Below, piece by piece: positions 1 to 17,013 of a stretch of 64,000 nt of DNA. The translations under genes were made by a program, and so were the position numbers. The notes under the pieces were generated by a model. The model was not told the origin of the DNA. It saw only the letters and a list, made by a program, of their open reading frames with translations, and did no database searches. Position 1 is the stretch's first letter; each line of letters begins with the position of its first letter. Where the stretch lies: positions 18,972,001 through 19,036,000 of the forward strand of contig OZ024748.1 in assembly GCA_964016885.1 (NCBI GenBank), written 5' to 3'. The stretch is from Eledone cirrhosa. Taxonomy: Eukaryota.

Positions 1-359
1 ACCTGGTTCCTTACCACATTTCCTTCGTTATCTGTATATGTATATATATATATATATATATATCCTTTGTCTCTTTCTAATAAATCTGTATCTATCTCTA
101 TATAATACAAATATGTAATGAACAGGCTATCTATGAGATAGCAAGTTCGCGCTAGTATACTTACATATATATGCATATATGTACATACATATATATATAT
201 GTATATATGTATATATATATATGTATATATGTATACAAACAAATAATACACCCACGTTAATAATATATTTACGTATATACATATACATACAATTACATAG
301 AGAGACACATGTTTTCTACACAGACAGACACACAGACACACATAGACACACACACACAC

Positions 360-560
<201 letters not shown>

Positions 561-719
561 GACACAGACAGACACATGTTTTTCGACATGTATTTGTCTT
601 TAACATGTATTTAGAAGTTAAACATATTGCAACTGCAACACCTTAAAATGTTATGCACTTTATGTGGTGCATATAATGATACTTGCATCCAGATGTTTTA
701 ATTTACGCCTTGAGACCGA

Positions 720-779
<60 letters not shown>

Positions 780-987
780 TATATATATATATAAATACAT
801 ATATATATTTATATACATATATATATATTTCCATACATATACATGTACATGCATATATATATATATACATACATACATACATACATATACATATATATAT
901 ACACACATATATATATATACATACATACATATACAAACATATACATACATTGGTGCATGTATATATATGTATATACATATATATATA

Positions 988-1035
<48 letters not shown>

Positions 1036-1082
1036 CATAGATTGATACATATATATCTATGTATATATCTATCTATATATAA

Positions 1083-1133
<51 letters not shown>

Positions 1134-1379
1134 GACACAGACACACACCACACACACACATATATATATATATAAAATATATATAAACGTTGTGTGAATG
1201 AAGGACAAATCTTTTCTGTGATTAGCACCATATTAGATATTTTGTTGCTTCTCCAAGACAGAGTAAAAGACGTCAGGTCTGTTGTTATTGGTGGATATTA
1301 GTGTCATCAGCTTCTGGGCAGAAGGCTCATGTGTCGCCTCTCACTGGCCAATTACTGCACAACTATTGCACTAAGACAT

Positions 1380-2660
1380 AGACACATACATACATACACA
1401 CATACATACATACACACACACATACATACATACATATATACACATACGTCCTCAGAGACACACACATACATACATACATACATACAGATACGTCCTCAGA
1501 CATACACACATACATACATACACACATACATACATACACATACACATACGTCCTCAGACATACACATATACATACACATACATACAGATACGTCCTCAGA
1601 CATACACACATACATACATACATACATACATACATACACATACGTCCTCAGACATACGCACATACATACATACATACACACAGATACGTCCTCAGACATA
1701 CACACATACATACATACACACATACATACATACATACATACATACATACATACACATATGTCCTCAGACATACACACATACATACATACATATACATACA
1801 CATACGTCCTCAGACATACACATATACATACATATGCATACACATACGTCCTCAGACATACACACATACACACATACATACATACAGATACGTCCTCAGA
1901 CATACACACATACATACATACACACATACATACATACATACATACACATATGTCCTCAGACATACACACATACATACATACATATACATACACATACGTC
2001 CTCAGACATACACATATACATACATATGCATACACACACGTCCTCAGACATACACACATACATACATACACACATACATACATACATACACACACGTCCT
2101 CAGACATACACACATACACACATACACACATACATACATACACATACGTCCTCAGACACACACACATACATACATACACACATACATACATACATATATA
2201 CACATACGTCCTCAGACATACACACATACATACATGCATATATACACATACGTCCTCAGACACACACACATACATACATACAGATACGTCCTCAGACATA
2301 CACACATACACACATACATACATACACATACGTCCTCAGACATACGCACATACATACATATATACACATACATACATACATACATACACATACGTCCTCG
2401 TACATATACATCCTCAGACATACACACAAACATACACATACATTCTCAGATATACACACATAGATCCGCAGACATACACACATACATCCTCAGACATACA
2501 CACATACATACATACACATACATCCTCAGACATACACACAGGCATACACACACAATCACATACACGCACACACATATAAACACAGACACACACAGAAATA
2601 TACACATATACACACATACACATACATCCTCAGACATACACATAGGCATACACACACAAT
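1380..2660. repeat. Minisatellite, ~35-55-bp unit with core catacgtcctcagacata in (CATA/CA)n
   Basis: About 28 recurrences of tcctcaga. Confidence 0.92.
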
Positions 2661-2896
2661 CACATACACACACACGCACATAATCACAGACACACAGAGA
2701 CACATACACATATACACATATACACAGAGACACATACACATATACACATATACACATATACACAGATACGCACGTACACATACACACAAACACGCACACA
2801 CACATATGTATATTATAATATAACCATACTCTACTACCCTAAGTATCGAGCACTCTGTTAAGTAATGGTCTGACCAGTTTCAAACTGAAACCACTA

Positions 2897-3075
<179 letters not shown>

Positions 3076-3088
3076 TATATATATACAT

Positions 3089-3127
<39 letters not shown>

Positions 3128-3289
3128 AAATAAACAAAAATAAATGAGTCAAATATTTAAAATTTGGCCTCGTTTATTACTGGTATATATTTTATTTTAC
3201 ATTACTCCGGAGTAACCAAACGAACCTGCGCACTTCGTCGAGTGGTCCCTTCTGCATACTAAGGTGTTGGTATACAACCATCATATACT

Positions 3290-3421
<132 letters not shown>

Positions 3422-3714
3422 AAATAAAGTTAAATAAAAGTCAAATGATTAAAATTTAGCTTCGTTTATTACTGCTATATATATTTCAGTGACAGCCATA
3501 TCTGACTCCAGTTCCTCAGTGAATTAACAACCAAACAAGGAACTGGGCATATCATATATATATAGAGATTTTGAATTTATGTTGGTTGTATACCAACACC
3601 TAAGTATGCAGGCTCGAGCACTCGACGAAGTGCGCAGGTTGGTTTGGTTACTCCGGAGTAGTGTAAAATAAAGTTAAATAAAAGTCAAATGATTAAAATT
3701 TAGCTTCGTTTATT

Positions 3715-3769
3715 ACTGCTATGTATATTTCAGTGACAGCCATCTTTGGCTGTGACCTCTTCAGGCAGT
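3715..3769 (-). ncRNA. Type I minimal hammerhead ribozyme (family B)
   Basis: Minus strand: ACUGC-CUGAAGA-GGUCACAGCCA aaga UGGCUGUCACU-GAAA-UAUACA-UA-GCAGU. Stem I pairs perfectly. Confidence 0.85.
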
Positions 3770-4028
3770 TTGACACCTTGTCCCTTCTACCATTTTATCA
3801 ATTTTTAAGCTAACTCCAACAATAACAACACTTAGAATGAGGAATGTTCTAACAACTGACCAATGAGAGGAGAAGAGGACCTTTGACACTGAAATTCGTT
3901 TGTTTGAATTCATATGACTCCAGTTCCCCAGTGAATTAACAACCCAACAAGGAACTGGGCATATCAGAGTATTGACAATATCATACACCTAAACAACATA
4001 TGTACTTGTCTATACCATACTAATTCAA

Positions 4029-4083
4029 ACTGCCTGAAGAGGTCACAGCCAACGATGGCTGTCACTGAAATATATATAACAGT
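4029..4083 (+). ncRNA. Type I minimal hammerhead ribozyme (family B, inverted partner copy)
   Basis: ACUGC-CUGAAGA-stem II-GAAA-UAUAUA-UA-ACAGU. One mismatch at the base of stem I. Confidence 0.75.
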
Positions 4084-4128
4084 AATAAACGAAGCTAAAT
4101 TTTAATCATTTGACTTTTATTTAACTTT

Positions 4129-4194
<66 letters not shown>

Positions 4195-4258
4195 TATGTC
4201 CCAAGGCTCTGAGACCATTAACACTATAAACAGAGCTGGCATATCTAAGAACTGACTA

Positions 4259-4314
4259 ACTGCCTGATGAGGTCATAACCATTCAATGGCTATCATCGAA
4301 ATATATATACCAGT
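4259..4314 (+). ncRNA. Type I minimal hammerhead ribozyme (family B variant)
   Basis: ACUGC-CUGAUGA-GGUCAUAACCA uucaa UGGCUAUCAUC-GAAA-UAUAUA-UA-CCAGU. Confidence 0.7.
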
Positions 4315-4361
4315 AAATAAAGGATTATGAGTTCATGCAATTGACTTATGTTTCGTCACTA

Positions 4362-4518
<157 letters not shown>

Positions 4519-4696
4519 TTAGAGGCGGTAAAATCCAGTTAGACCTTTACTCACCAGAGTACTTTATACGTGGAGTAGAAGAGTGAGTAATATGAAAAAC
4601 TTCTGGACCCCGACGGCTGAGCTCCGGCCGTTTCAACAGCTAGTTCGGATTTAGCTGTTGAAATGGCCGGTGCTCAGCCGTCGGGGTCCAGAATTT

Positions 4697-4740
<44 letters not shown>

Positions 4741-4741
4741 C

Positions 4742-4928
4742 TGTTTCTACTTTTGGCACAAGGCCAGCAATTATCCAGTGCATTACTGGTACTTTATTTT
4801 ATCGACCCCGTAAGGATGAAAGGCAAAGTTAACCTCGGCGGGATTTGAACTCAAACCATAAAGGGGCGTAACTCTTTGCTGCAAAGCATAGCGTCAGACC
4901 CTCTACCAATACTGCCAATCCACCGCCC
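4742..4928 (-). mobile_element. Full-length SINE (same family)
   Basis: Reverse complement of the 57460 consensus. Confidence 0.9.
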
Positions 4929-4937
4929 TATATATAT

Positions 4938-5140
4938 AACGAAGGAAATGTGGTAAGGAACCAGGTGGACCATAACGCACCAAAGTACTCAATACTTGAG
5001 GTAGTAGAGTGGGTAATAGGAACCAGTAAGACCCCGACAGCTGAGCTCAAGCCGTTTCGACGGCTAATTCTGGACTGCTAATTCAGTCCAGAATTAGCCG
5101 TCGAAACGGCTTGAGCTCAGCTGTCGGGGTCTTACTGGTT

Positions 5141-5145
<5 letters not shown>
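4938..5145 (-). mobile_element. Fold-back insert, family A (62-bp perfect arms 5016-5077/5084-5145 + 78-nt tail)
   Basis: Palindrome ataggaaccagtaagaccccgacagctgagctcaagccgtttcgacggctaattctggactg, TA-flanked. Confidence 0.85.
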
Positions 5146-5210
<65 letters not shown>

Positions 5211-5469
5211 TCTACGTTAGGCACAAAGCCAGCAATTACCCAGTGCATTACTATATATATATATAATATACATACATATATGTTTATGTGTTTATGTATG
5301 ACGTGGTAATATATATATGTATATATATATATATACCTAATATGGTAATATATGCATGTTGGAGACACAAACAATCCCTTCATGAAATATTGATAAAGAC
5401 CAAATTCTTTTATCTGGGTGCGATGCCAGATAAATTATATATTTATATATTTTGTTTTGTTGTTTGTGC

Positions 5470-6300
5470 TTGTTGTTTTTGTTATTGTTGTATATGTTGT
5501 TATTGCTGGTGTCGTTGGTGTTGGTGTTGGTGTTGGTGTTGGTGTTGGTGTTGGTGTTGGTGGTGGTGTTGGTGTTGGTGTTGGTGGTGGTGTTGGTGGT
5601 GGTGTTGGTGTTGGTGTTGGTGTTGGTGTTGGGGGTGGCCGTGTTGTTGATGTTGGTGTTGTTTTTGTTATTGTTGTATATGTTGTTATTGCTTTGTGTC
5701 GTTGGTGTTGGTGTTGGTGGTGGTGTTGGTGTTGGTGGTGGTGTTGGTGTTGGTGGTGGTGTTGGGGGTGGCCGTGTTGTTGATGTTGTTGTTGTTTTTG
5801 TTATTGTTGTATATGTTGTTATTGCTTTGTGTCGTTGGTGTTGGTGTTGGTGGTGGTGTTGGTGTTGGTGTTGGTGTTGGTGTTGGTGTTGGTGTTGGTG
5901 TTGGTGTTGGTGGTGGTGTTGGTGGTGGTGTTGGGGGTGGCCGTGTTGTCGATGTTGTTGTTGTTTTTGTTATTGTTGTATATGTTGTTATTGCTTTGTG
6001 TCGTTGATGTTGGTGTTGGTGGTGGTGTTGGTGTTGGTGTTGGTGGTGGTGTTGGTGTTGGTGTTGGTGTTGGTGTTGGTGTTGGTGGTGGTGTTGGTGG
6101 TGGTGTTGGGGGTGGCCGTGTTGTTGATGTTGTTGTTGTTTTTGTTATTGTTGTATATGTTGTTATTGCTTTGTGTCGTTGGTGTTGGTGTTGGTGGTGG
6201 TGTTGGCGTTGGTGTTGGTGGTGGTGTTGGTGTTGATGGTGGTGTTGGGGGTGGCCGTGTTGTCGATGTTGTTGTTGGTGTTGTTATTGTTGTCGATGTT
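5470..6300. repeat. Minisatellite, ~130-180-bp unit containing (GGTGTT)n
   Basis: gggggtggccgtgttgt recurs 5 times. Confidence 0.9.
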
Positions 6301-6978
6301 GTTGTTATTATTGTTGTCAATGTTGTTGTTTCTGGTGTTGGTTGAGTTGGTGGGGGGGGGGGGGGGGGTGATGATGATGGTGGTGGCTGTGTTCCCGTTA
6401 TTGTTGTTGGTGATGGTGATAACGGTGGGTGTGTTGTTGTTGTTGTTCTTGTTGTAGGTGTTGTTGTTGGTGCTGGTGGTAGCTGTGTTGCCGTTGTAGT
6501 AATTGTTGTTGTTATTGTTGTTACCATTGTTGTCACCATTGTTGGTTATGCCGTTGTTTTTCTAGTCGTTGTTGTTGTTGCTGTTGTTGTTGTTGTTGTT
6601 GTTGTTGTAGTTGTTGTAATTGTTGTTGTTGCTGCCGTCATTGTTGTTTTGTTGTTTGTTGTTGTTGCTCTTGTTGTTGTTGCAATTGTTCTTGTAGCTG
6701 CTGTTATTGTTGTTTTGTTGTTTGTTGTTGTTGCTCTTGTTGTTGTTGCAATTGTTGTGGTAGCTGCTGTTATTGTTGTTTTTGCTGTTGTTGTTGCCGT
6801 CATTGTTGTTTTTGTTTTTGTTGTTGTTGTTGTTTTTGTTGTCTTAAATAAGATATGGGTGTGTAAGCAGACACAACAGACTTTGGTGCAATATTTTGAG
6901 TCACACCAACTTTGGTGTACTTCTTCCGAAAATAACTTTTGCAGGCAAGGAATGGTGTTATAGAAATGAGAAGAATGC

Positions 6979-7042
<64 letters not shown>

Positions 7043-7066
7043 TAATAATAATAATAATAATAATAA

Positions 7067-7585
7067 TGTTTCTACTTTTGGCACAAGGCCAGCAATTATC
7101 CCAGTGCATTACTTGTGCTTTATTTTATCGACCCCGTAAGGATGAAAGGCAAAGTTAACCTCGGCTGGATTTGAACTCAGAACGTAAAGGGCCATAACTC
7201 TATGCTTAATAATAATAATAATTGTCATCGTTATCATCATGATAATTATCATCATCCTCATCACTGTTATTATTGTTATTATTATTAAATATTCTTTCAA
7301 ATTCCGCCGAGGTTAACTTTGCCTTTCATCCTTACGGGGGAGGTCGATAAAATAAAGTACCAGTAATGCACTGGATTAATTGCCGGCCTTGTGCCAAAAG
7401 TAGAAATAATTATTAGGGTGATAGATTGGAAGTGTCGTTAGAGCGTCGGACAAAATGCTTTGTGGCATTTAGTTACGGGCCTTTACGTTCTGAATTTAAA
7501 TCACTTCGAGGCCAACTCTGTCTTTCCACTGGGGCTAATATAATCGATTTCATCTTCCTCCAAATTGCTGGCCTCGTGCCTAAAT
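7067..7585. mobile_element. SINE cluster: 7067-7207 (-), 7298-7406 (+), diverged 7417-7585 (+)
   Basis: Matches to the SINE core and 3' end in both orientations. Confidence 0.85.
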
Positions 7586-7758
7586 CACAAAGCGCTATTA
7601 AACACATTCTTCCACAATCCTTTATAATGATGAAATATTAATATAATATTAATATAATAACAAGACAAGGCATCATAATTCCTTAGAATTTGTGCCTATA
7701 GATTAGTATGTTTGGCTGCGAATTGGCTGAGTAGTTTATATATATATATAAAAATATA

Positions 7759-7951
7759 TAGGAAAACCTATGACCCCGACGGCAGAGCTCAAGCCGTTTC
7801 GACGGCTATTTCTGGACTCAGAAATAGCCGTAGAAACGGCTTTAGCTCTGCCGTCGGGGTCATACTTTTTACTATTTCCCAATCTATTACCGTAAGTATT
7901 GAGTACTCTGGTGCGTTATGGTCTATCTGGTTCCTTACCACAATTCCTTCG

Positions 7952-7953
<2 letters not shown>
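7759..7953 (+). mobile_element. Fold-back insert, family A
   Basis: Inverted arm, forward arm and tail ending ccacaattccttcgtt before (TA)n. Confidence 0.82.
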
Positions 7954-7987
<34 letters not shown>

Positions 7988-7990
<3 letters not shown>

Positions 7991-8154
7991 GAAATAAGAT
8001 AACAAGGTCGATTGGTTACTCCTTCGTTACGTTTATGAAGGAGTAACCAATCGACCTTGTTATCTTATTTCACTATAATACACTCTGTCTAGCTCTACAC
8101 CTCGACACTGAAGTGAACCTAAACATCGAGTGTTCACACGTTACACACCCTGGA
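7988..8154 (+). mobile_element. Fold-back insert, family C; related copy at 57060-57320
   Basis: Arms agtgaaataagataacaaggtcgattggttactccttc and its reverse complement. The tail acactctgtctagctctacacctcga...aacctaaacatcgagtgttcac is shared, in reverse, with 57145-57190. Confidence 0.75.
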
Positions 8155-8177
8155 TATATATATATAAATATGTATAC

Positions 8178-8281
<104 letters not shown>

Positions 8282-8386
8282 ATTTAAATGGATACAGTTC
8301 AGTAAAAGGAATTTATTGACACGTGTTTCAATAACAGTTATATAACCTGAAAACAACTGCTATCTACAAAGTATTAATTATGCAGA

Positions 8387-8512
<126 letters not shown>

Positions 8513-8589
8513 TATGTGTGTGTGTGTACAACATGGACAGTAATGAAATAGGAGCAGTAGGTTAGAATTTCACTGCTTCTACTTATTAT

Positions 8590-8679
<90 letters not shown>

Positions 8680-8815
8680 CACACTTTATATATATATATA
8701 TATAAGGATTTAAATGGATACAGTTCAGTAAAAGGAATTTATTGACACGTGTTTCAATAACAGTTATTTAACCTGAAAACAGCTGCTATCTACAAAGTAT
8801 TAATTATGCAGACAC

Positions 8816-8887
<72 letters not shown>

Positions 8888-8968
8888 TATGTGTGTGTGT
8901 GTGTGTACAACATGGACAGTAATGAAATAGGAGCAGTAGGTTAGAATTTCACTGCTTCTACTTATTAT

Positions 8969-9078
<110 letters not shown>

Positions 9079-9138
9079 AATATATATTTATATGCACACA
9101 ACACACACGCACACACATACATACATATATAAATAATT

Positions 9139-9262
9139 GTTTCTACTTTTGGCACAAGGCCAGCAATTATCCCAGAGCATTACTGGTACTTTATTTTATC
9201 GACCCCGTAAGGATGAAAGGCAAAGTTAACCTCGGCGGGATTTGAACTCAGAATGGCTAGGG
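9139..9262 (-). mobile_element. 5'-truncated SINE
   Basis: tgtttctacttttggcacaagg...gatttgaactcag. Confidence 0.88.
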
Positions 9263-9319
9263 CCGAATAATATAATCTATACATACACAGATAAATATGT
9301 GATTATATAATGGGCATAT

Positions 9320-9425
<106 letters not shown>

Positions 9426-9660
9426 ATATATATATATTAGTCTAAATAGGATAATTTATACATCTGTAGTATTTAGTTTTATTCGTATTTATCTCTCTTA
9501 CCCTTACTCTTTCGCTCCATCTCTCTCCCTCTGTCACTTTCTATTCCGCCATTCTCTAATCAGAACAAACAAATCTTGTTTAAAATAATTTTAATGTAAA
9601 GAAGATTCGTTTCTATGATGCTTGCTGCTTGTGTATATATTATTACTTGTGTGTGTGTGT

Positions 9661-9691
<31 letters not shown>

Positions 9692-9735
9692 GATACATAA
9701 ATAAATAAATATATATATACATACGTATATCTATC

Positions 9736-9772
<37 letters not shown>

Positions 9773-9982
9773 CACATACAATATATACATATATATATAC
9801 ACACATATATATATATATACACAAACATACTTGTACTCAAAGATAAGCATATATATATATATATATATATACACATACATATATATAATGTACTCGCAAA
9901 CACACATCCACACATACACACACATACATACACACACACACACACACACATACATACATACATACATACATACATACATACA

Positions 9983-10016
<34 letters not shown>

Positions 10017-10414
10017 CATACATGCATACATACATACATATATGTATGTATAAATGTATAATATGGAATTAGCTTTCGGCGGTTGTTCCCAGCGATATTA
10101 GTCGTTTAATCCAACCCTTTATCTAAATAGTAAAACAAACGTTCAACGTCTTAACATGTTTGACCCTGTCTATTTTATCACATTCTTTAATCTATTTTCT
10201 TCCTTTCCCAATGTAAATAAGCAAAAGAATTAGCGCTAAAGTCTATCGTTACAACCAAATCACTTGTCTCTTCTCTCTTGTCTCCAAAGAAAGAACTTTT
10301 GCAGCTTTTGCATTTTCCCACACGTTGCTCTCACAAACTCGGAGAGAGTGTCGTCTTTCAGGACAACCCCTGTTTAGAATTAAACCAGCGCCGTCGCTGC
10401 TAGCATTGTTAACG

Positions 10415-10690
10415 CCACCACCACCACCACCACCACCACCACCACTACCACGACGACGACGACGACGACGACGACGACCACCACCACCACCACCACCACT
10501 ACCACCACTACTCCATCACCACTACCACGACGACGACGACGACGACGACCACCACTACCACGACCACGACCACCACCACCACCACCACTACCACGACGAC
10601 GACGACGACGACGACGACCACCACCACCACCACCACCACCACCACCACCACCACCACCACCACCATCACCACTACCCTATCACCACTACC

Positions 10691-10728
<38 letters not shown>

Positions 10729-11152
10729 CACCACCACCACCACCACCACCACCACCCTATCACCACTACCACGACGACGACGACGACGACGACGACGACC
10801 ACCACCACCACCACCACCACCACCACCACCACCCTATCACCACTACCACGACGACGACGACGACGACCACCACCACCACCACCACCACCACCACCACCAC
10901 CACCACCACCACCACCACCACCACCACCACCACCACCACCACCACCACCATCTCCAACTCTACTACCGTTATCTTCACTAATACCAACGCCACCATTACC
11001 ATTAGCATTTCTACCAGCATCTTCACCATCACCATCACCATCACCACCACTACAATTACCATCACCACCACCACTACAACCATCTCCAACTCCACTACCG
11101 TTATCCCAACTAGTACCCACACCACCTCTACCTTATCATCCCCACCACCATC

Positions 11153-11195
<43 letters not shown>

Positions 11196-12010
11196 CCACC
11201 ACTACCATCATCATCACCACCACCATCGTCATCACCTCCACAACTATTACCATCACCATCACCATCACCGCCATCATAACCAACACTATCACCACTGCCA
11301 TCGTCAACACCACTACCACAACACCACCACCACCACCACCACCACCACCACCATCGCCTCTACCGTTATCCCCACCATCACCATCACCGCCATCATCACC
11401 AACACTATCACCACTACCATCGTCAACACCACTACCACAACACCACCACCACCACCACCACCACCACCACCACCATCGCCTCTACCGTTATCCCCACCAT
11501 CACCATCACCGCCATCATCACCAACACTATCACCACTACCATCGTCAACACCACTGCCACAACACCACCGCCACCACCACCACCACCACCACCACCACCA
11601 CCACCACCACCACCACCACCACCACCACCACCATCGCCTCTACCGTTATCCCCACTAGTACCAACACCGCCAGCACCATCACCATCATCATCACCAACAA
11701 CACAACTATCGTTACCATTACCACCACCATCATCACCACAACCACCATTACCATCACAACCATCATTACCATTCTCATCACCACCACCACTACCACTACT
11801 ACCTTCACCACCACCACCACCACTACCATTACCATCACAACCATCATTACCATTCTCATCACCACAACCACCACAACCACCACTACTACCATCACCACCA
11901 CCACCACAACCACCACTACTACCATCATCACCATCACCACACCACCACTACTACCATCACCACCACCACCACCACCACCACCACTACCATTACCATCATC
12001 ACCACCATCA
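10415..12010. repeat. (CCA)n/(CGA)n compound microsatellite; similar tracts at 37770-39180 and 47190-48452
   Basis: Direct reading. Confidence 0.95.
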
Positions 12011-12127
12011 CCAGCGCCACTAATACCGACAAGTGCAAAACAACAACAACAGCAGCATCAATGTTTACAATAACAGACAGAACCCAAACAAAATTACATA
12101 TAGTGACAGAGGGAAATATAAAACATT

Positions 12128-12745
12128 TATTGTAGTATATATAATATATATACATTATTGTAGTATATATATATTATATATATATTGTAGTATATATAAT
12201 ATATATATTATTGTAGTATATATAATATATATATTATTGTAGTATATATATTATATATATATTGTAGTATATATAATATATATATATTGTAGTATATATA
12301 ATATATATATTATTGTAGTATATATATTATATATATATTGTAGTATATATAATATATATATTATTGTAGTATATATAATATATATATTATTGTAGTATAT
12401 ATAATATATATATTATTGTAGTATATATAATATATATATTATTGTAGTATATATATTATATATATATTTTAGTATATATAATATATATATTATTGTAGTA
12501 TATATAATATATATATTATTGTAGTATATATATTATATATATTATTGTAGTATATATAATATATATATTATTGTAGTATATATATTATATATATTATTGT
12601 AGTATATATATTATATATATATTGTAGTATATATAATATATATATTATTGTAGTATATATATTATATATATATTGTAGTATATATATTATATATATATTG
12701 TAGTATATATATAATATATATATTATTGTTGTATATATAATATAC
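12128..12745. repeat. AT-rich minisatellite, ~22-26-bp unit tattgtagtatatataatatata
   Basis: About 25 recurrences of ttgtag. Confidence 0.93.
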
Positions 12746-12846
12746 ATATTATTCTATGTAGCATATAATATATAATATATATATATATATATATTATATA
12801 TTATATACTCCGTACTACAAAATCTATCGTATATAATACATAGAAT

Positions 12847-12883
<37 letters not shown>

Positions 12884-12925
12884 GTTATTGTATGTATTAT
12901 ATACGTTATACTTTGTAGTACGGAG

Positions 12926-13429
<504 letters not shown>

Positions 13430-13526
13430 AAACGAAGGAATTGTGGTAAGGGAGCAGATGGACCATAACGCACCAAAGTACTCAATACTTGGGGTAGTAG
13501 AGTGGGTAATAGGAACCAGTATGACC

Positions 13527-13529
<3 letters not shown>
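13430..13529 (-). mobile_element. Family A tail-only copy in (TA)n
   Basis: aacgaaggaattgtggtaag...ataggaaccagtatgacccc. Another tail end is at 1-30 (+) and a diverged variant at 2825-2897. Confidence 0.8.
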
Positions 13530-13587
<58 letters not shown>

Positions 13588-13622
13588 TTAATTTATGGAG
13601 TAACAGATTCTCATATACTACG

Positions 13623-13694
<72 letters not shown>

Positions 13695-13707
13695 GCTGCT
13701 TCTGCTC

Positions 13708-13786
<79 letters not shown>

Positions 13787-13981
13787 GATAATTCCTAAAT
13801 AGAATTATTTCCACATATACAACATCACTCTCCGATCCAATGCAGTGATATGATGTGTGAGAATAGAAAAATGAAAATATATATTACGGGTGTACGGAAA
13901 ATCGTTTTTAACACTTCACACATACATAAACACACACGTACACATACACACACATACACACACGAAAACGCACAACCACAT

Positions 13982-14029
<48 letters not shown>

Positions 14030-14179
14030 GTACGTACGTATGTAGGTATGTATGTACGTAGGTATGTTTATATGTATATCTACATCAATACATACATAAA
14101 TACATATATATAAATACATATATATAGAATTAGTTTTGGTATACATATATATGTATGTATACATACACATATATATATA

Positions 14180-14275
<96 letters not shown>

Positions 14276-14435
14276 TATACATATACATATACATATCTAC
14301 ATATAGATAGATACACATATACACTCTATATGTATATATATATATATTTATATATATATACCACCAGTGAAATCGTTTTTCTCTTCATATATGTATGTAT
14401 ATATATGTATATATATATATATATGTATATATATG

Positions 14436-14549
<114 letters not shown>

Positions 14550-14757
14550 TATATATGTGTGTGTGTGTATAATCAAATCAAAACGTCATAACACATGTTT
14601 TGATTCGGTTAGACACTGCTGCCCTTAGGCTTTACATACTTTCCAGTGTTATCTCTTCTGCTCTTTTTTACTAGAGAGTTCCCAACGTTTAATATAGCGA
14701 CATAGCGCCATATTCGTTAAATAACTACACATATCTAGAGGTATGTATATATATTTA

Positions 14758-14875
14758 ATATAGAAATGGCTTCTACAGGGCTTGAACTGTTTCATTCAAA
14801 ATAAATCATCAAGAATTTCCTAATGATTTCTTTTGAATGAAGCATTTCTAGCACTGTAGAAACTATTTCTATATT
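14758..14875. mobile_element. Imperfect fold-back insert; arm-only copies at 17266-17312 and 22022-22048
   Basis: tagaaatggcttctacag...ctgtagaaactatttcta. The same arm start recurs three times after TA runs. Confidence 0.6.
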
Positions 14876-14904
14876 AAATGTAATATATATATATATATAT
14901 ATTG

Positions 14905-15413
14905 TTCAGTAACCACATTGACACTATCCACAATATTGCAGTGGAAAAAACTCTACTCTCAGATCATGACATGGCTCTCTGTGGTCTGAGATTCCACTGT
15001 CCAAAAGGTAAACCCAATGACATCTGCGTTCCATCAGCATTGCCCAAATGATGTTGGCATCACCTTTAAACTACACCCAAGGGTTGGGCCCACAACAAAA
15101 ACCAAACTCGCATCTTATAACAACAATACGGCACAATTATTTCACTTCAATTGGCCCCGCTCTCTTTAACATTACACAAAAACACATTAAAACAGAAACA
15201 GACTCCTTAAAGTTCAAGATGTCTTTGGACAAATTCCTTCAAGAAATCCCGGATGAACTTCCTACACCCGTCTATGTCTCTGCAAACAATAACTCCTTTT
15301 TGAGTGGGCGATGGTGTCCAAATCCTGATTTGAAAGACTTCGCCAGGTGGTGCTATTAAGTTAGACATGGCCTGGGCCAATACTGGCCAAAACCTATCAA
15401 AGCTATCAAAACT
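14905..15413 (+). mobile_element. 3' fragment of a CR1/L2-group LINE
   Basis: ORF2 C-terminal pattern SIGPALFN...FKMSLDKFLQEIPDELPTP...NNS. It ends in a short ctatcaaa tandem tail. Confidence 0.72.
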
Positions 15414-15432
15414 ATATATATATATATATATA

Positions 15433-15587
15433 TAAAGAAAAAGAGATGAAATCGAAAATGCAACTGAAGTCTTATTTTAAAAAAAAAATAAGACTTCAGC
15501 TGCATTTTCGATTTCATCTCTTTTTCTTTATACTTTCACTCGTGTAGGACACCTCGGTTATTTTTCATTTTGTAAAAAAATCCTCAC

Positions 15588-15593
<6 letters not shown>
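15433..15593 (+). mobile_element. Fold-back insert, family E; related copy at 56423-56536
   Basis: ~46-bp arms (taaagaaaaagagatgaaatcgaaaatgca...) plus tail actttcactcgtgtaggacac, TA-flanked. Confidence 0.75.
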
Positions 15594-15640
<47 letters not shown>

Positions 15641-16159
15641 TGTATGTATGTATATATTATATATATATATAACATTTAATATATATATATAAGTACGAAA
15701 CAGAGCTGTCAACTTATTTCCTCCTGTCTGCCGAAAATTTAAGTAAGCGACAATGTCGCTACTTTAACACAATAGCGTATGGTCTTCAAAATGCTTTTAA
15801 TTAAGCATACAGTGTATTGAAAAATACACTATATATACATTCATATATATATCGCTATTTCAGAGCACCAATTCTAATATATATATATTTATATACACAC
15901 ATATATAATTATATATAGGATCGATCCACAAACAGATCGCACTTCGAGCTCTTCACCGGAGAAACAATTGTAATACTCAATATTGTGTTACGATGCATCA
16001 CTGATTCTTCTTTTTCCATTTTATCATTCTCTGCTCCGAAAGAGCATAGAGTGCTCAACCGGCGTACCGCCTATGGACGCATCCTCGCAACCATACGACA
16101 CACACACACACACACACACACACTAACACATACACAAACACACATATATATATATATAT

Positions 16160-16427
<268 letters not shown>

Positions 16428-16764
16428 ATATACATAATATATATAGGTAAAAAGGAAAAGTGGAAAAGCACAGAAGTATATTTAAAGATCGTTTTTTTCT
16501 TTAATCTGAGATAAATAATTTTATAATTGTTACATTAAGTGGATTTAAATTTTCTCAAATATTATCGATTTTGAATATTATATCAATTTTATCAAATATT
16601 TAATACTAACTATTAAAAAAACGTTTTTCTCAAATTCTATGAGCGCGCGCGCGCGCACACACACACACACATATAGACACACGCACACACATACAGGCAC
16701 TCACACAGACACAGACAGCCATGTCAGACAGCCACACACAGACACAGACATAGACACAGACATA

Positions 16765-16805
<41 letters not shown>

Positions 16806-17013
16806 ATATGTATATATATAGTGGTAGTAATAAACTCTCAGGAGAGCTGAACAGCAGAAGGTCTTCAAAGAAGAAGCACCCCTTAAAGAAGTTCTTAATT
16901 CCACACACACACACACACACACAAACACACACATATAAATATAAAACAGAGTTCGGATCTAGCTGTCGAAACGGCCGGATCCTGACTCTTTTCCTATATA
17001 TATATATATATAT

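Larger units (their letters stand above)
3566..4132 (-). mobile_element. Fold-back PLE-terminus-like insert, family B (long minus arm with tail + short inverted arm)
   Basis: 3667-3772 is the reverse complement of 4026-4131. The unpaired tail 3570-3666 matches 3190-3285 in the opposite orientation. Other pieces lie at 3127-3292, 3416-3553 and 4255-4360, all TA-flanked. Confidence 0.75.

Noticed and set aside
1380-2660. CRISPR-like regular repeats (also 27320-28430, 40210-41005)
   Set aside because: The spacers are microsatellite sequence rather than unique, the context is eukaryotic, and there are no cas genes.
3761-3988. 75-aa minus-strand ORF inside the family B insert
   Set aside because: It has no RT or endonuclease motifs and lies in the untranslated repeat upstream of the hammerhead.
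4938-5145. Family A as a classical TA-TSD MITE or pre-miRNA
   Set aside because: The inverted arms are not terminal (an unpaired tail lies outside them) and arm-less copies exist (30820, 13430), which fits retro-insertion better.
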